A program made the position numbers and the translations under genes. A model generated the notes under the pieces. That model searched no databases. It was not told where the DNA came from and was given only the letters and a program-made list of their open reading frames with translations. This document shows, in pieces, positions 12,826 through 24,640 of a DNA stretch of 64,000 bases (the first letter of the stretch is position 1; each line of letters opens with the position of its first letter). The stretch spans positions 41,741,752 to 41,805,751 of the forward strand of contig NC_068981.1 in the NCBI RefSeq assembly GCF_001194135.2. Direction: 5' to 3'. This stretch comes from Octopus bimaculoides (lineage: Eukaryota).

Positions 12826-13378
12826 CACACAAATGTATTCATGTATACACATACATATATATATATACACACACACACACAGACACACACACACATACAG
12901 ACACAGACACACACAGACACCCACACAGATTTACATATGTATGTATATATGTTCTGTGTCTGTATATAAATACACTGACACATTCACCTCAAATCAGATC
13001 GAACAGACCTATGATCAAACACCTTCCACCTGTGACCTTCCTGTCTTATATTCAGACGTTGTGTATCTAGAATTTTAGTGTACAATTAACTCATTTTTTA
13101 AAGACGGTAGGGTATAAACTATGGGTGAGGAGGAGAATTGGTTGCTATCACTAGCAGGTCGAAGAACCCCGCATTATAGTATTTGTATGCGCGCGCGCGT
13201 ATGATGTTTACTTGAATAAAATACCACTCCGTCCCAGCAATTTTCAGTCTGTTGTTTTTATTAAATTTCTTCCATTGTACAACACTCTGTGTGTGTGTGT
13301 GTATGTGTGTGTGTGTGTACATTCACACATATATATATATACACACACACATGAACACTCAGACAAATGCACACACGC

Positions 13379-13409
<31 letters not shown>

Positions 13410-13610
13410 CACAATACACACTTTAAATACACATATAGATATGTACCCACAATTGTTAAAATCAAGTTTACAAGATCTTTCGAGATGCTAGAAATGTATA
13501 AGCGCATGAATATGATGGTTGTATTAAATTTTTCAAATTAACAAATGAAATGGTCAAGTAATTTATGGCAAGTGTTTGTGCGTATGAACAAGCACATGCA
13601 TATGTGTGTG

Positions 13611-13647
<37 letters not shown>

Positions 13648-15903
13648 NNNNNNNNNNNNNNNNNNNNNNNNNNNNNNNNNNNNNNNNNNNNNNNNNNNNN
13701 NNNNNNNNNNNNNNNNNNNNNNNNNNNNNNNNNNNNNNNNNNNNNNNNNNNNNNNNNNNNNNNNNNNNNNNNNNNNNNNNNNNNNNNNNNNNNNNNNNNN
13801 NNNNNNNNNNNNNNNNNNNNNNNNNNNNNNNNNNNNNNNNNNNNNNNNNNNNNNNNNNNNNNNNNNNNNNNNNNNNNNNNNNNNNNNNNNNNNNNNNNNN
13901 NNNNNNNNNNNNNNNNNNNNNNNNNNNNNNNNNNNNNNNNNNNNNNNNNNNNNNNNNNNNNNNNNNNNNNNNNNNNNNNNNNNNNNNNNNNNNNNNNNNN
14001 NNNNNNNNNNNNNNNNNNNNNNNNNNNNNNNNNNNNNNNNNNNNNNNNNNNNNNNNNNNNNNNNNNNNNNNNNNNNNNNNNNNNNNNNNNNNNNNNNNNN
14101 NNNNNNNNNNNNNNNNNNNNNNNNNNNNNNNNNNNNNNNNNNNNNNNNNNNNNNNNNNNNNNNNNNNNNNNNNNNNNNNNNNNNNNNNNNNNNNNNNNNN
14201 NNNNNNNNNNNNNNNNNNNNNNNNNNNNNNNNNNNNNNNNNNNNNNNNNNNNNNNNNNNNNNNNNNNNNNNNNNNNNNNNNNNNNNNNNTTGGACTATCT
14301 TCAGTGACAGACAATACGCAACCGGCTATTTATGTCTCGAAGAGTAAAAATCACCAAGACAATCTCTCGGAAACTGCCAGCACCTTTTCTTTTCTCTTTC
14401 ACTCTCTCTCTCTCTCTTATCCAAGCAGAGAATATTGGTCTGTTTGTCTGTTTATCTCAGTCGGTCACTTTGCGGCAATCGACTTTTTTTTTGTTGTTGT
14501 TTTTTTTGTGGTGTTGAAGGGGTGTTTTCTTCGTCACTGCTCTGATGCGACGGTGTGGTGATGGATGATTCGATGTCTATGTTCGAACAGGCGGAAGAAA
14601 AGGAGATAGGGAAGAAAGTAAAACAAGAAAGGAAGAAGTAAAAAGAAGAAAAAAAAATGAATAGGTTTGTGTTTTATGTTGAAAAAGCTTTAGAGTCTGT
14701 AGCTAAATATATAGTTTAAAACATTTCTAAAGAGTGTGTTTGGCTGCTGTTGTTGGACGCCTAACTGATGCAGCAAAATTAAGCAATATAGATTACGATG
14801 GGGACGACAGTGTTGATGCTGGTGATGGTAGTGACGTCGGCAGTGATGTTGATGCTGATGGTGTATGTTACAGCTACTATTGCTACTTGTACTGATGCTA
14901 ATACCTCTGTCTGTTGCTGTTGCACGTCCACTTGATGCGACGATAATGTTGGTTAAGGCAGACGAAGGAATACGTTAGCATTCATTATTTGTACCATTGG
15001 CGTAAGAGGCATCTATTGGCAGCTTATCAAATATAGTAAATAGCAATAACATTAACAACGATGACAATGATACTGATGCTGATGATGAGAAAGAGGGGTG
15101 GGTGGGAGAATTTCTTTATTTTTGCCACAAGAGCACCATAATCATAAAACATTAAATGTACAATTTTAATATAAACAAAATCTTTTACGGGGGATGGATG
15201 GACAAAGTCACAAAATTTAACATCAAAACCAAATACACAATTTTAAAAAATGTACGTATGTATGTATGTATGTATGTATGTATGTGTATGTATTTATGTA
15301 TGTATGTGTGTGCGTATGTATGTATGTATGTATGTATGTAAGTGCGTGTGTGTGTGTATGTGTGTATGTATGTATGTATGTGTGTATGTATGTGTGTATG
15401 TATGTATGTACGTATGTATGTGTGTGCGTATGTATGTATGTATGTATGTGCGTGTGTGTGTGTATATGTGTATGTATGTATGTATGTATGTATGTATGTA
15501 TGTATAGGCACAAGTCTGATTGTGTAATTAGACAGTTCGCTTCCTTCGCAAACAAGTGGTTCTGGATTCCATCTCACCGTGCGGCTCTGGGTTAATAATA
15601 CCTTGTAGAATTTAGTAGACGGAAACTGCGCAGAAACCCGTCATGTAAACAGGCATGCAGGCATGCATGCAGCGTCCATGCATGCAGTCATACACACTTA
15701 TATATATATATGAGTGTGTGTGTGTGTATACATACATACATACATACATATGTACACGCGCGCACATACACATGTATACACAGGTTAGGTGCACACACAT
15801 TAAAGATGATAGTACCGTAACACTTGTAGGAACAAAAATATTTAACAGGTAAACTGAACACCATATTACTTAGAAATTTGTAAATGTAGATTACCGTCAA
15901 ATT

Positions 15904-15961
<58 letters not shown>

Positions 15962-16150
15962 AGTCTGTCTGTCAGTCTGCCTGTCTCCTATCTCTCTTAC
16001 CAACTAAACAGACAGACTGACAGGCAGGCTTGTAAGTGGGTAGATAGTTAGGCAGGTAAGGTAGGTAGATATACAAAAATACCTGCTGTCATTTATCCAT
16101 GTTTGTAATACATGTATGTATGTATGTATGTACGTACGTATGTATGTCTA
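9323..16150. repeat. Microsatellite-dense block ((CAT/CAC)n, (CT)n, (TA)n, (CA)n, (TATG)n, (TATC)n) with four N-gaps
   Basis: Read directly; gaps at 9423-9715, 10332-10407, 12139-12333, 13648-14289. The YIYI/CVCV/HHHH ORFs here are repeat translations. Confidence 0.95.
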
Positions 16151-17825
16151 TCGTTCAACATTGCACTAGTTTACATGTAGGACCGTTCCTTGTCTCCGTC
16201 TTGTTATGGACATATCTGGATATTCATTCTGTTTTGTCTATACAACTTATTTCGAACTAGCAGTGCTCCTTGGTTCTGCCAGACCAAGGAATGGCAGGTC
16301 ACCCTGACCTCGAAACAGATATTCCTGTTTATAGACACGGCGACCAATCTCCAGAGGCGTTGCCAGGTTCCACAGTTAAGGGGAGTGAGCAAGTTAAAAA
16401 AAAAAAAAAAGACACCGTGGCACATATCAAATAATTTTTTACTCTTTTCTTTTATATTACGCGAAATAATTGATCAGTTATAATATACATAATTGTAATC
16501 TTTCATTAATTTCATGTTTCAGTAACAATGTCATTATGTATAAAACCTACAATTATTGGTATAGGTGTGACATGAAAAGAAACTCCTTGGGACCGTCCTG
16601 TGTCACGAACAGCCACCAACACATCACTGGTGATTGAGCAGACAGTTCAAAAACACAGGAGGTTGGTCAAATAAAGCAATGACTACAGACAGTTCTTCCA
16701 AGGCCAAGCGATTAACAAAAAAAAAAAAAAGTTCGATTTTGTATCGCATAAGTGAACTTAAGAGTTAAAAGAAATTGTTGAAAAGGCGCCAATTTTGAAA
16801 AATGTGTTCGGTGGGAGAAACGATCACTCCCCTTGCTCCCCTATTAGCCACACCACTGCTGATCTCAGTCATACACACCTCTGACATGGCTGTCAAAAGC
16901 CGGTTCGGTAAAATGTTATCGAAAAACCTGCATATTTGTATCACCAGTCCATCTTTGTCCGACAGAAAGAATATTGTAGTTTTGTTAAAATTCTGCGCAT
17001 CTGTAATCCAGGCCCAGTGAACAACTTGTGTTCTTTCAAATCCCCAAACATGTCCACTTCAATTGTAAAACACAACCTTCATGGTTTTTGGCAGAGACGA
17101 AGTAATCAAGAGACATTCTCACAATTAGCACTCAGCAGAGCTACCATCTCTAAAGCACCATTTATGAATACCCACTCTATTTGTCTGGTTTCTATCATTC
17201 ACTTTTATTTGCCTTTTAAAATTTATCCATGCCAGGAACGTGTTCAGCTACCAATAACTGTAACTGATTAAAAATAAAGCTAAGTCGAATGTACAGGGCA
17301 CAAACTTGTGATCTGAATAACTCTCTATATGAAATTGTGGACAGCATGCATTGTTCTTCTTCCGCTAACTTAAAGAAAATTTCATCTAAACAGAATGGAG
17401 GTGACTGAGTGTGCTTTGATCATGTCCACAATAGTACATTTGGTTAGTCTAGCGGATATCTTTCAGACAACTGAAAATGTCTGAGTAAAGTATAAGAGTC
17501 TTTTGCATCATCTTATATAGGTCCGATGTACATTCACATCTGTCACCAAGAAAAACTAACGAGTGAAATGTTCCCGAAAATGCTCTGGCGCCCGAAAAAG
17601 TCAAAACATCCAGCGCATGAAGAGGTATAAACAGCTACCAGCCTTGACAAAACGTTTTGGTTACTCTTTAAATTCGTTACACCAATTTGCCTTCCGGCTC
17701 AAAAAGTATAGCCTGACCTTCCCAAACTAATGCTGCAGCACCTTTCGAACAAGAATAATCGAAATAGTCGTAAAGATAATTATTATTCAACAAGAGAGTG
17801 AATGACTGCATCTCAAAAACCTGGT

Positions 17826-18487
17826 CTCTGTGATAGCTCCCACACATCCTGAGTTAGGAAACGTTCAAAGAAACTAGTTGGTTCTGCTTCAAACAATGTC
17901 AAATTTTCCCGCGATGTGATCAGCTTCGTGCGCTTTTGAACAGGTATCAGAAGAGGTGGCGCCCACCGAGCAGAAACCTATGTCATGCCAAGTTCATTGT
18001 GCAGAATATTGTCAACCCTTTCTCGAAATATGCTAATAGCATTGGCTATTTGATTTATAGTCAATCATCTATCATCCATCACCATGCAGTGAACACGATC
18101 AATGTTTTCCAGTTGCAAAACGTCCAGACCTCGAGCCATCTCCAAGACTCTCTGTTCCCCTCCTAAATTTAGCTGCCCACTTTTGCACTGTTGACAAAGC
18201 TAGAGCGCTATCTCCTATTATAGCAACCATGTCAGCATGAATGTCCTTGTGGGTTGAACCATTTTTCTGTAGGTATTTGATAACGCCACAATACCAACTG
18301 TTGTCCAGTTTCAAGAGAAATCGCTACTACTAATTTTTTAAGTCTTCTTTGAACAGTCAGATGGGAGTTTACCTGGAAAGAAATAAAGCAGTTATTAATA
18401 AGAGCTGAAATTAATGCATGCAAGATTTCCCAGCTCTATCTTCATTCTTTCATAGTCAGCTTATAAACTTTTTAGTCCAACCTCATA
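17826..18487 (-). mobile_element. mariner transposon 5' half (irritans-like)
   Basis: TIR TATGAGGTTGGACTAAAAAGTT at 18487. N-terminal HTH 'GVIKYLQKNG...IHADMVAIIGDSALALSTVQKWAAKFRRG..SLGDGSRSGR', then 'NIDRVHCMVMDDR..TINQIANAI..RERVDNILHNELGM..VSARWAPPLL..QKR..ENLTLFEAEPTSFFERFLTQD' (first catalytic D). Truncated after that. Confidence 0.88.
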
Positions 18488-19239
18488 TTTACAAAAAATA
18501 TTTCTTCCCTCACAGTCCTAGGCTTGCACAATCCCTAACATAAATATAAATAAGGCCCTTATTACATGATTTTATTACAGGATTTTAAGAAATTGGAAAT
18601 ATATACAGCAGAATATATTGTTTTAGCAGTATTCTGCCTTTATATTTTGTAGAGAAATGCTTCTATGAGGTTCCTTCTGTCTATGTATTAAAAAAAATTC
18701 TGTATGTTAATCATCTTTATCAGCTTAAGAGGAGTATTGTTGTGGTGGTAGATAGGGTTCTTGTTTTGTCGGTAGTGTTTGAAAATCTTGCAAACTTTCA
18801 CTAGCCATCGAAGGAGCTTTTACGTCGCAGGCAGGGAACCACTCACCTACTTTCAAATTTGAAATTTACCCGCTGACAAAATTCTCCAAAAACCCACATT
18901 AAAAAAGTTTAATCCTTAAGACCAAAACAGTTTGATATAAGTTACTTTCACCTTATATTAAATTACTATTTTGGTCTTTATGAAAGGCATAAACAAATTT
19001 CTGTTAGTAGTCATGATTGTTTTATCAATAATCTTGAGTCGGAATACGTACGAAATGGTGACATAATAGTCACATCGTTATTATAGTCAATTAATATTTA
19101 GCATCTGTACCCTATCCTTTATCCCTACTCCACTTATAGGTTATTATTCCATCTTATTACGAATTATTTGTAATAAATAGTCAGTGTGAATTTAGGTTTT
19201 GTGTAAGTTAGGAGCTGTTTTTTTTTTTGTGTGTGTGGT

Positions 19240-20080
19240 TGGTTTGGTCAGGACAAGTTCTACGCGATGACTATGATCAATGCGGTCAATGCTCCCTTTG
19301 AACAGTTGAAAGCTTAAAACTGTAGGAAAGATCTAGACACAACGGAATTCTAGAGGGCAGACGTTATGGGGAGAAATGACTGGATATAGTAATAAGAGAT
19401 GATTCTTGGGGTGTATACAAAATGAATGATGAGAAGGGAGAGACGGGTAAATCAGGATCTCTGAACCAGCCACCTCTGGCGAGCAGACGTCACTATATTA
19501 ACGATGGAATAAGCAATGTCGAGTGGCCATTCCTAGGATGCTGTTTTGGATGTCTAGATGTACAGCAGCAGCAGCAGTAGTAGCAGCAATATACCTTCCG
19601 AGATTTAGAAATTGGGAACCTCACTTGAGCTTTGAAGAGGGTTTGTAGTTGTAGATTACCGAATTATTTTCCAGCCATGAAGAGGAAGGTCAGTTTTTGT
19701 GTTGCAATTTTGATACATCAAGTATGTGCGTTCACTAGGAAAAAACATCTTTGATAAATTTCCGATTTGTAGTGATCTTCAGAGCGTTACAAATGCTAAG
19801 TTGTTCTTGTTTAGTTGTGTGCTCTGATGTTTAGATATTATTTTATTGACATGTACAATGATTGTATCTTTTCGCTTTTGAAAGATACTGGATTAACATA
19901 ACAGTATTGGAATATGTTTTCGAGGTATCTGTACAGGGTTGGTTTGAATGTAAGTGCGGAAAGTTAGAGAAATGAAAGGTAATATCATCTGTATAGGATT
20001 AAATGTGTTGTTTGGGGTGATGGCAAATAGATCGTTGGTGTATAGGAGAAAGTGTGTGTGAGCTCAAAACCAAACTTTGG
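19240..20080 (-). mobile_element. Degraded CR1/L2-like LINE RT and 3' region
   Basis: Frameshifted GVPQSLVLS..LYTNDLFAITPNN..YTDDITFHFS at ~19975-20085, corresponding to RT motifs GVPQGS / YADD. Confidence 0.7.
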
Positions 20081-20356
20081 GGAACACCAGAGTTGATAGA
20101 GTGTCAGTCAGATATCTCCGTCAGAACATTATGCAATGGTGCGGTCTGGCCAAAAGCCACCAATTCAAGAAACGACAGACGGATCAAGACGATGTGTTAC
20201 ATCATTACAAATTAAGCACAATATTTTTTTATGGTAGCAATATTTACAATTCATTTGTCTGATTTTATTGTAAAATGCATGAAAGTAAACCCGTCTGCAA
20301 TGGCTAATAATGAAAGAAGAGTTACCTATGAAAGTTCTTTATTCGATGACAGTTAA

Positions 20357-20520
20357 TCTTATATACAAATGGCAATTTCTGTCTGTCTGTTACCATCATA
20401 GTGCCTAAACTAGCGAACCAATATTCACGAAACTTTGCATACATGTTGCACTAACATCCAGTTCAATAATATGCTAATTGGATTTCAATACAAATCTATA
20501 ATGTGCTCCTCCAGTGGGGT
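20357..20520 (+). mobile_element. Helitron-like non-autonomous element 5' part
   Basis: A|TCTTATATACAAAT followed by (GTCT)n and 'gaaccaatattcacgaaactttgcatac', typical of Helitron/DINE-type 5' ends. Confidence 0.5.
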
Positions 20521-22559
20521 TGGGAGAATTATATGACGAAATGAGAAGGGTACAAAAAATATAAGTCTGAAGGAAACGCAATAGCATAGTCAGAGTAACT
20601 TATATCAAGGAAGGTGAGAATAGCGTTATATAAGCGACAAATATTAAGTGGCAATAGGATGTTAACGTTAATACAGCTGTCATATATACGCGACACTGCA
20701 TACATACTTTTGTAAATAAATAGATACAACAGAGAGAGAGAGAGAGAAAGGTGGGTGTGAGAAATACATAGCTTTAAGGAGAGAGGGGGAAGGTGGCTTT
20801 TCTGATGTCCATCGCAAAGAAACACTCACACACAGACACACACACATGTACATACGTACACACATACATGCATACATACATACATACATTTGTCTACTAT
20901 ACATCATTTTAAACTCGTGATTTCCTGTGTACGTTTGTAAATGTGTGCATGTGTGCGTGCGCGCGCGCGTGTCTGTGTATGTGTGTGTAACGTCCTATAA
21001 CTGTCTGTCTCTCAACTGTTGCTGTCACATATTGTGAGATTTTAAAATTACGTCAATATTTTCAAATTTAGTATATTGAAATAATTTTCCACGTTAAATC
21101 CGATTTTGTTATTTATTTGTTCCAAAAAAAATTGTAGAAAAATGTTATTGAGGTTTAAAGTTTAAGTAATTTTACCTAATCAGAAAACAGGATTTGGAAG
21201 CTGGCATTTTCTACATGATAGCTGCATGCTAGCTGGCATTTTCTGCATGATAGCTGTCTATCATAAAATGAAAGCAAAATCATTAGGAGGAGGAATTTTA
21301 TTAAACAAACGAAAGCAAAGCATTGCGACAACCAAAGTTGTAAGAACTTCTGAAGTTTTAATGAATAAAGTAATGTGAAACGGTCGGACAGACATGTAAA
21401 TAATTCAAAAAGAAAGAAATCCTCAAAGAAGTATTTTTTGCGAAAAATTGCACAAATCTCTCCTGATCAAGTGATCTATCTGTCGGGTAAGGCATGGTCT
21501 GACATGGAATAAACAAAAATTTATATAAAACATTCTGTTGTAAAAGTTGCCTGGCAATGGCGGGCTATTCAGCTACTAACTTTATAAAGTAAGTAGATAG
21601 ATAGTTATTTTTTCGTAAAAGTAAATGGACGTTGTATGTTCCTTATTTATAAGAATTCAATTGTCCAAGCATAAGGAATACGAAAAACAGAGAGGGACTC
21701 TGCATTTAAACAAGCTAACATTTTTATTCTCTGCTTATCCTATGAAAACTAAGCAGTTAAGCTACGGACGATGCGCCATCTGAGGTAGTGTTTCAAAAAA
21801 GACTTGTTGTTTTAAATCAAAGAAGAATTGAAGAATTGTCAATTGAATCTGAATTTCTTAATTGTGTCATTGTCTTATCAACATATTTTATGTGCATCAT
21901 CTTTATGAAGGATCAATGGAATTCAAATGATAGCAAAATGTATTGACTTCATCATAAATTCTCCGCTACTGAAAGAAGATAAACCTGAATCGATGATGGT
22001 GTATGTTTATAGAGGGTTTCTATCTTCTGGTTTAATTTCAAAAGCAGTTTCGAGATTTTCATACTAAAAATTCTTTTTGGCACAATGCCAAAGCCAGTTT
22101 GTGATTCCTTTCAACATTTTATGAGACTGGTCAGTTCTCATACGATTGTACATGCGGACTAGTTAGAAAGTGTTATTTTGAAAGGACATCAGATCCACAT
22201 GCAGAAGGTTAGAAAGTCATTCTGCTTTGAAAGGGCATACGTCTGTAATAAACGACCATGCGAACCAAAGGAGATGGCGACGAATTGGAAACAGGCTCCT
22301 TTTAACGCGTCGCACGGTCGCTACAAAACATATGACATATGAAGGCTCGCAATGTGAGATGCGAGCAAATGCCAGTAAAGGAAAGAGAGAGACAGACACA
22401 ACCATTAGTTATATATATGAGTAAGTTATTTAGCATAGTGAACTGTGTGTCTGTGTGTGCGTGCATAATACAGGCCTTCTTGTACAAGAGTATGTATACA
22501 ATAATATGTGTGTGTGAATGAGAATGACAGAGCATGTAATAAGCGTCTGTAACAGACTA

Positions 22560-23130
22560 TAAGAGTCCTGAACACAAAAATAAGAAAGTACCAGTTCTTA
22601 GAAGAGTTACACAGTAGGTTGAATGTTTGTACTCAAGAGGTTGTGGCCGAATAGCAGAGCTGTGGTGTCACATGTCGTGTGTGAAGCTGAGTATCGATGC
22701 TGTGACCGGTTACTCGGTACAGAAGATTCTCGCAGGTTGTTCTGGCTGTTATTTTTGTGGTGGAAACAATCCACACAAACGGTGTTGAGACGGAACCGCG
22801 GTTACTGTTGGTAGCGTGTACTCTGGTGGTGGTGTTGGCGCTGGCGACGACATTGTAGTAGACCGGTGGTGTTGACGTCGTCGCTGGAAACTGGTTGGTT
22901 GGTGTGTGGTCAAACGACCAGACCTGTGAGAGGTCTGAAGTCGAGACAAACTGGCGTAGATGAAGCAGGCTTATTTATAGATAACAAAGGGCTCCAAAAA
23001 CAGAAGGAAAACACTCTCTCACGTGACCTTAACAGAGGGCCACGATTGGTCGGTATGCACCCTGGCGCGAAACAGAACTGGAGACAAATGCCGCGCAAAT
23101 AAGAGCCAATCAGGGTGATGGACACAGCGG
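22560..23130 (-). promoter_or_regulatory. CpG-rich promoter and putative first exon of an unidentified minus-strand transcript
   Basis: TATAAATA (22972-22979, minus), Inr-like CCAGTT ~25 nt downstream, GTCACGTGAG E-box (~23018-23027), CCAAT boxes (~23043-23050 minus, 23104-23112 plus), ACAATG start at 22853. Confidence 0.6.
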
Positions 23131-24454
23131 CCCAACCGGCCGAAAGCTAGATGTTAGCCGCTACGTTATCATTCGTAAATAAATACCCGAGAGAGAGGTT
23201 TCACTACACGTCTTTGACTGTGAGGAAAATTTATAGTGAATTCAGAAGATTCATGGCACAGAATCTTATATCTGGTTCGTTCTGCAATGACCAATTATTG
23301 TTAGATTTTGGTTGTTAGTGACTTATGAATGTAAAGAATGACAAATAAACACAAAACTATTTTGATAAATTCCGTGACACAAGACACGACAAATACGTAG
23401 ATTCAATAGCAATTACAGCATGGAAGAATCATTTTAGCCATTCAAAAACACACACAAAAAATGTCTTTTTCAATGGTTAAAATGCGTCTTCCACGTTTTA
23501 ATTGCATTAGTATCAACACACGGTCTCATATCAAATTACTTACCAGACAACTCCTAAATTTAATAGTTCATCCACATTTGAGAAATCACACATTGAAAAT
23601 TGCAGCACACACCGATGTGAACAGTTTTTATCAATATAAAATTTAACCAAGAGTCACTTGTGAGCTTGACTTACAGAAAAAAGATCTTGAAGACCAGCTA
23701 AGAATTACTGCAACACCTGTCCCATCTAACATCTGAGCTCTTCAAAGTAAAGTATAACTAAACTGCTCATTAAGGTACAAGTTTTCATTAAATATAAATC
23801 AATATTCTCAGTGGCGTTCGTGTGTTTCGGGATTTACATCATTATAACAATATGAATAATTAATACTTAATAAGATTTTTATTAATGTTTTTAAACGTAA
23901 TTGTGTGCATAATCATGAATTTGTAAAATTAAAAATTAATTATTTCTTATTCAGCACAGATACACAAATTCTTTTGCACTTGCAAGTCACCCCTTGGTAT
24001 TAAAAGGTTCCCTCACCTTATATTTTTAGAAGATTGTTGCAAAATCTCCTGGATAGAATAACTGACAATTCTCTGTAAACATCTTAAATTATGAATGTGA
24101 TGAACACGTTAAACATGTAGTTCCAGACAAAAAGACAAGTCATGACTGTAACAACTTTGGTCATGGGTCTGCTCAATTAGAACTGAATGGAACATCTTCT
24201 TGGACATGAGGATGAGACGTTTGGCTTGGCCGTCTTTTATCGGTTGCCACTTGGTACACAATTTTAGGCTTAGAGTTTTCCTCAGAAGAGTTGTAATATA
24301 TTTGTGTTTATCAGCGTCACATGCTTTGGGGAAAAAGAGCCTATGGGACAGAAGGATGCTTTCTCCCGGTTCTACAAACAATTGTAGAAAGTTAGGAAAA
24401 TTTGTAACTCTGAGACATACATGTTTTGATTTACGTTGTTGTTTAGCACTAGAT

Positions 24455-24640
24455 CAACACTAATCGAGCTGACCTGTGATCAAAGACGTTCCGGCCCTGA
24501 CCACCTCGTATTTTAGGGGTGTGTAAGACTACATTATTTAATGTTCCCTGCCTTTATATACAACTCTTAAGGTGTGATGTGAAGATCTGGCTTCTATTTC
24601 CAGCAAGTCGAGCGACCACATAGAGCTACTCGTGATGGCT
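24455..24640 (+). repeat. Dispersed repeat family D
   Basis: 'gacctgtgatcaaag...gatctggcttctatttccagcaagtcgagcgaccacatagag'. Other copies at ~6430-6640, 8735-8800, 12985-13170, 55930-56070, 61760-61965. Confidence 0.7.

Noticed and set aside
7561-15900. Numerous ORFs of YIYI, CVCV, HHHH, SLSL or X type
   Set aside because: Translations of microsatellites and N-gaps.
16900-17800. Apparent hAT (plus) or piggyBac (minus) transposase motifs
   Set aside because: The best motif (FFERFLTQD) belongs to the adjacent mariner; the remaining matches are too weak. Left as unassigned old DNA.
21199-21520. 32-bp tandem duplication followed by a possible Tc1-like remnant
   Set aside because: The motif match is too weak to call.
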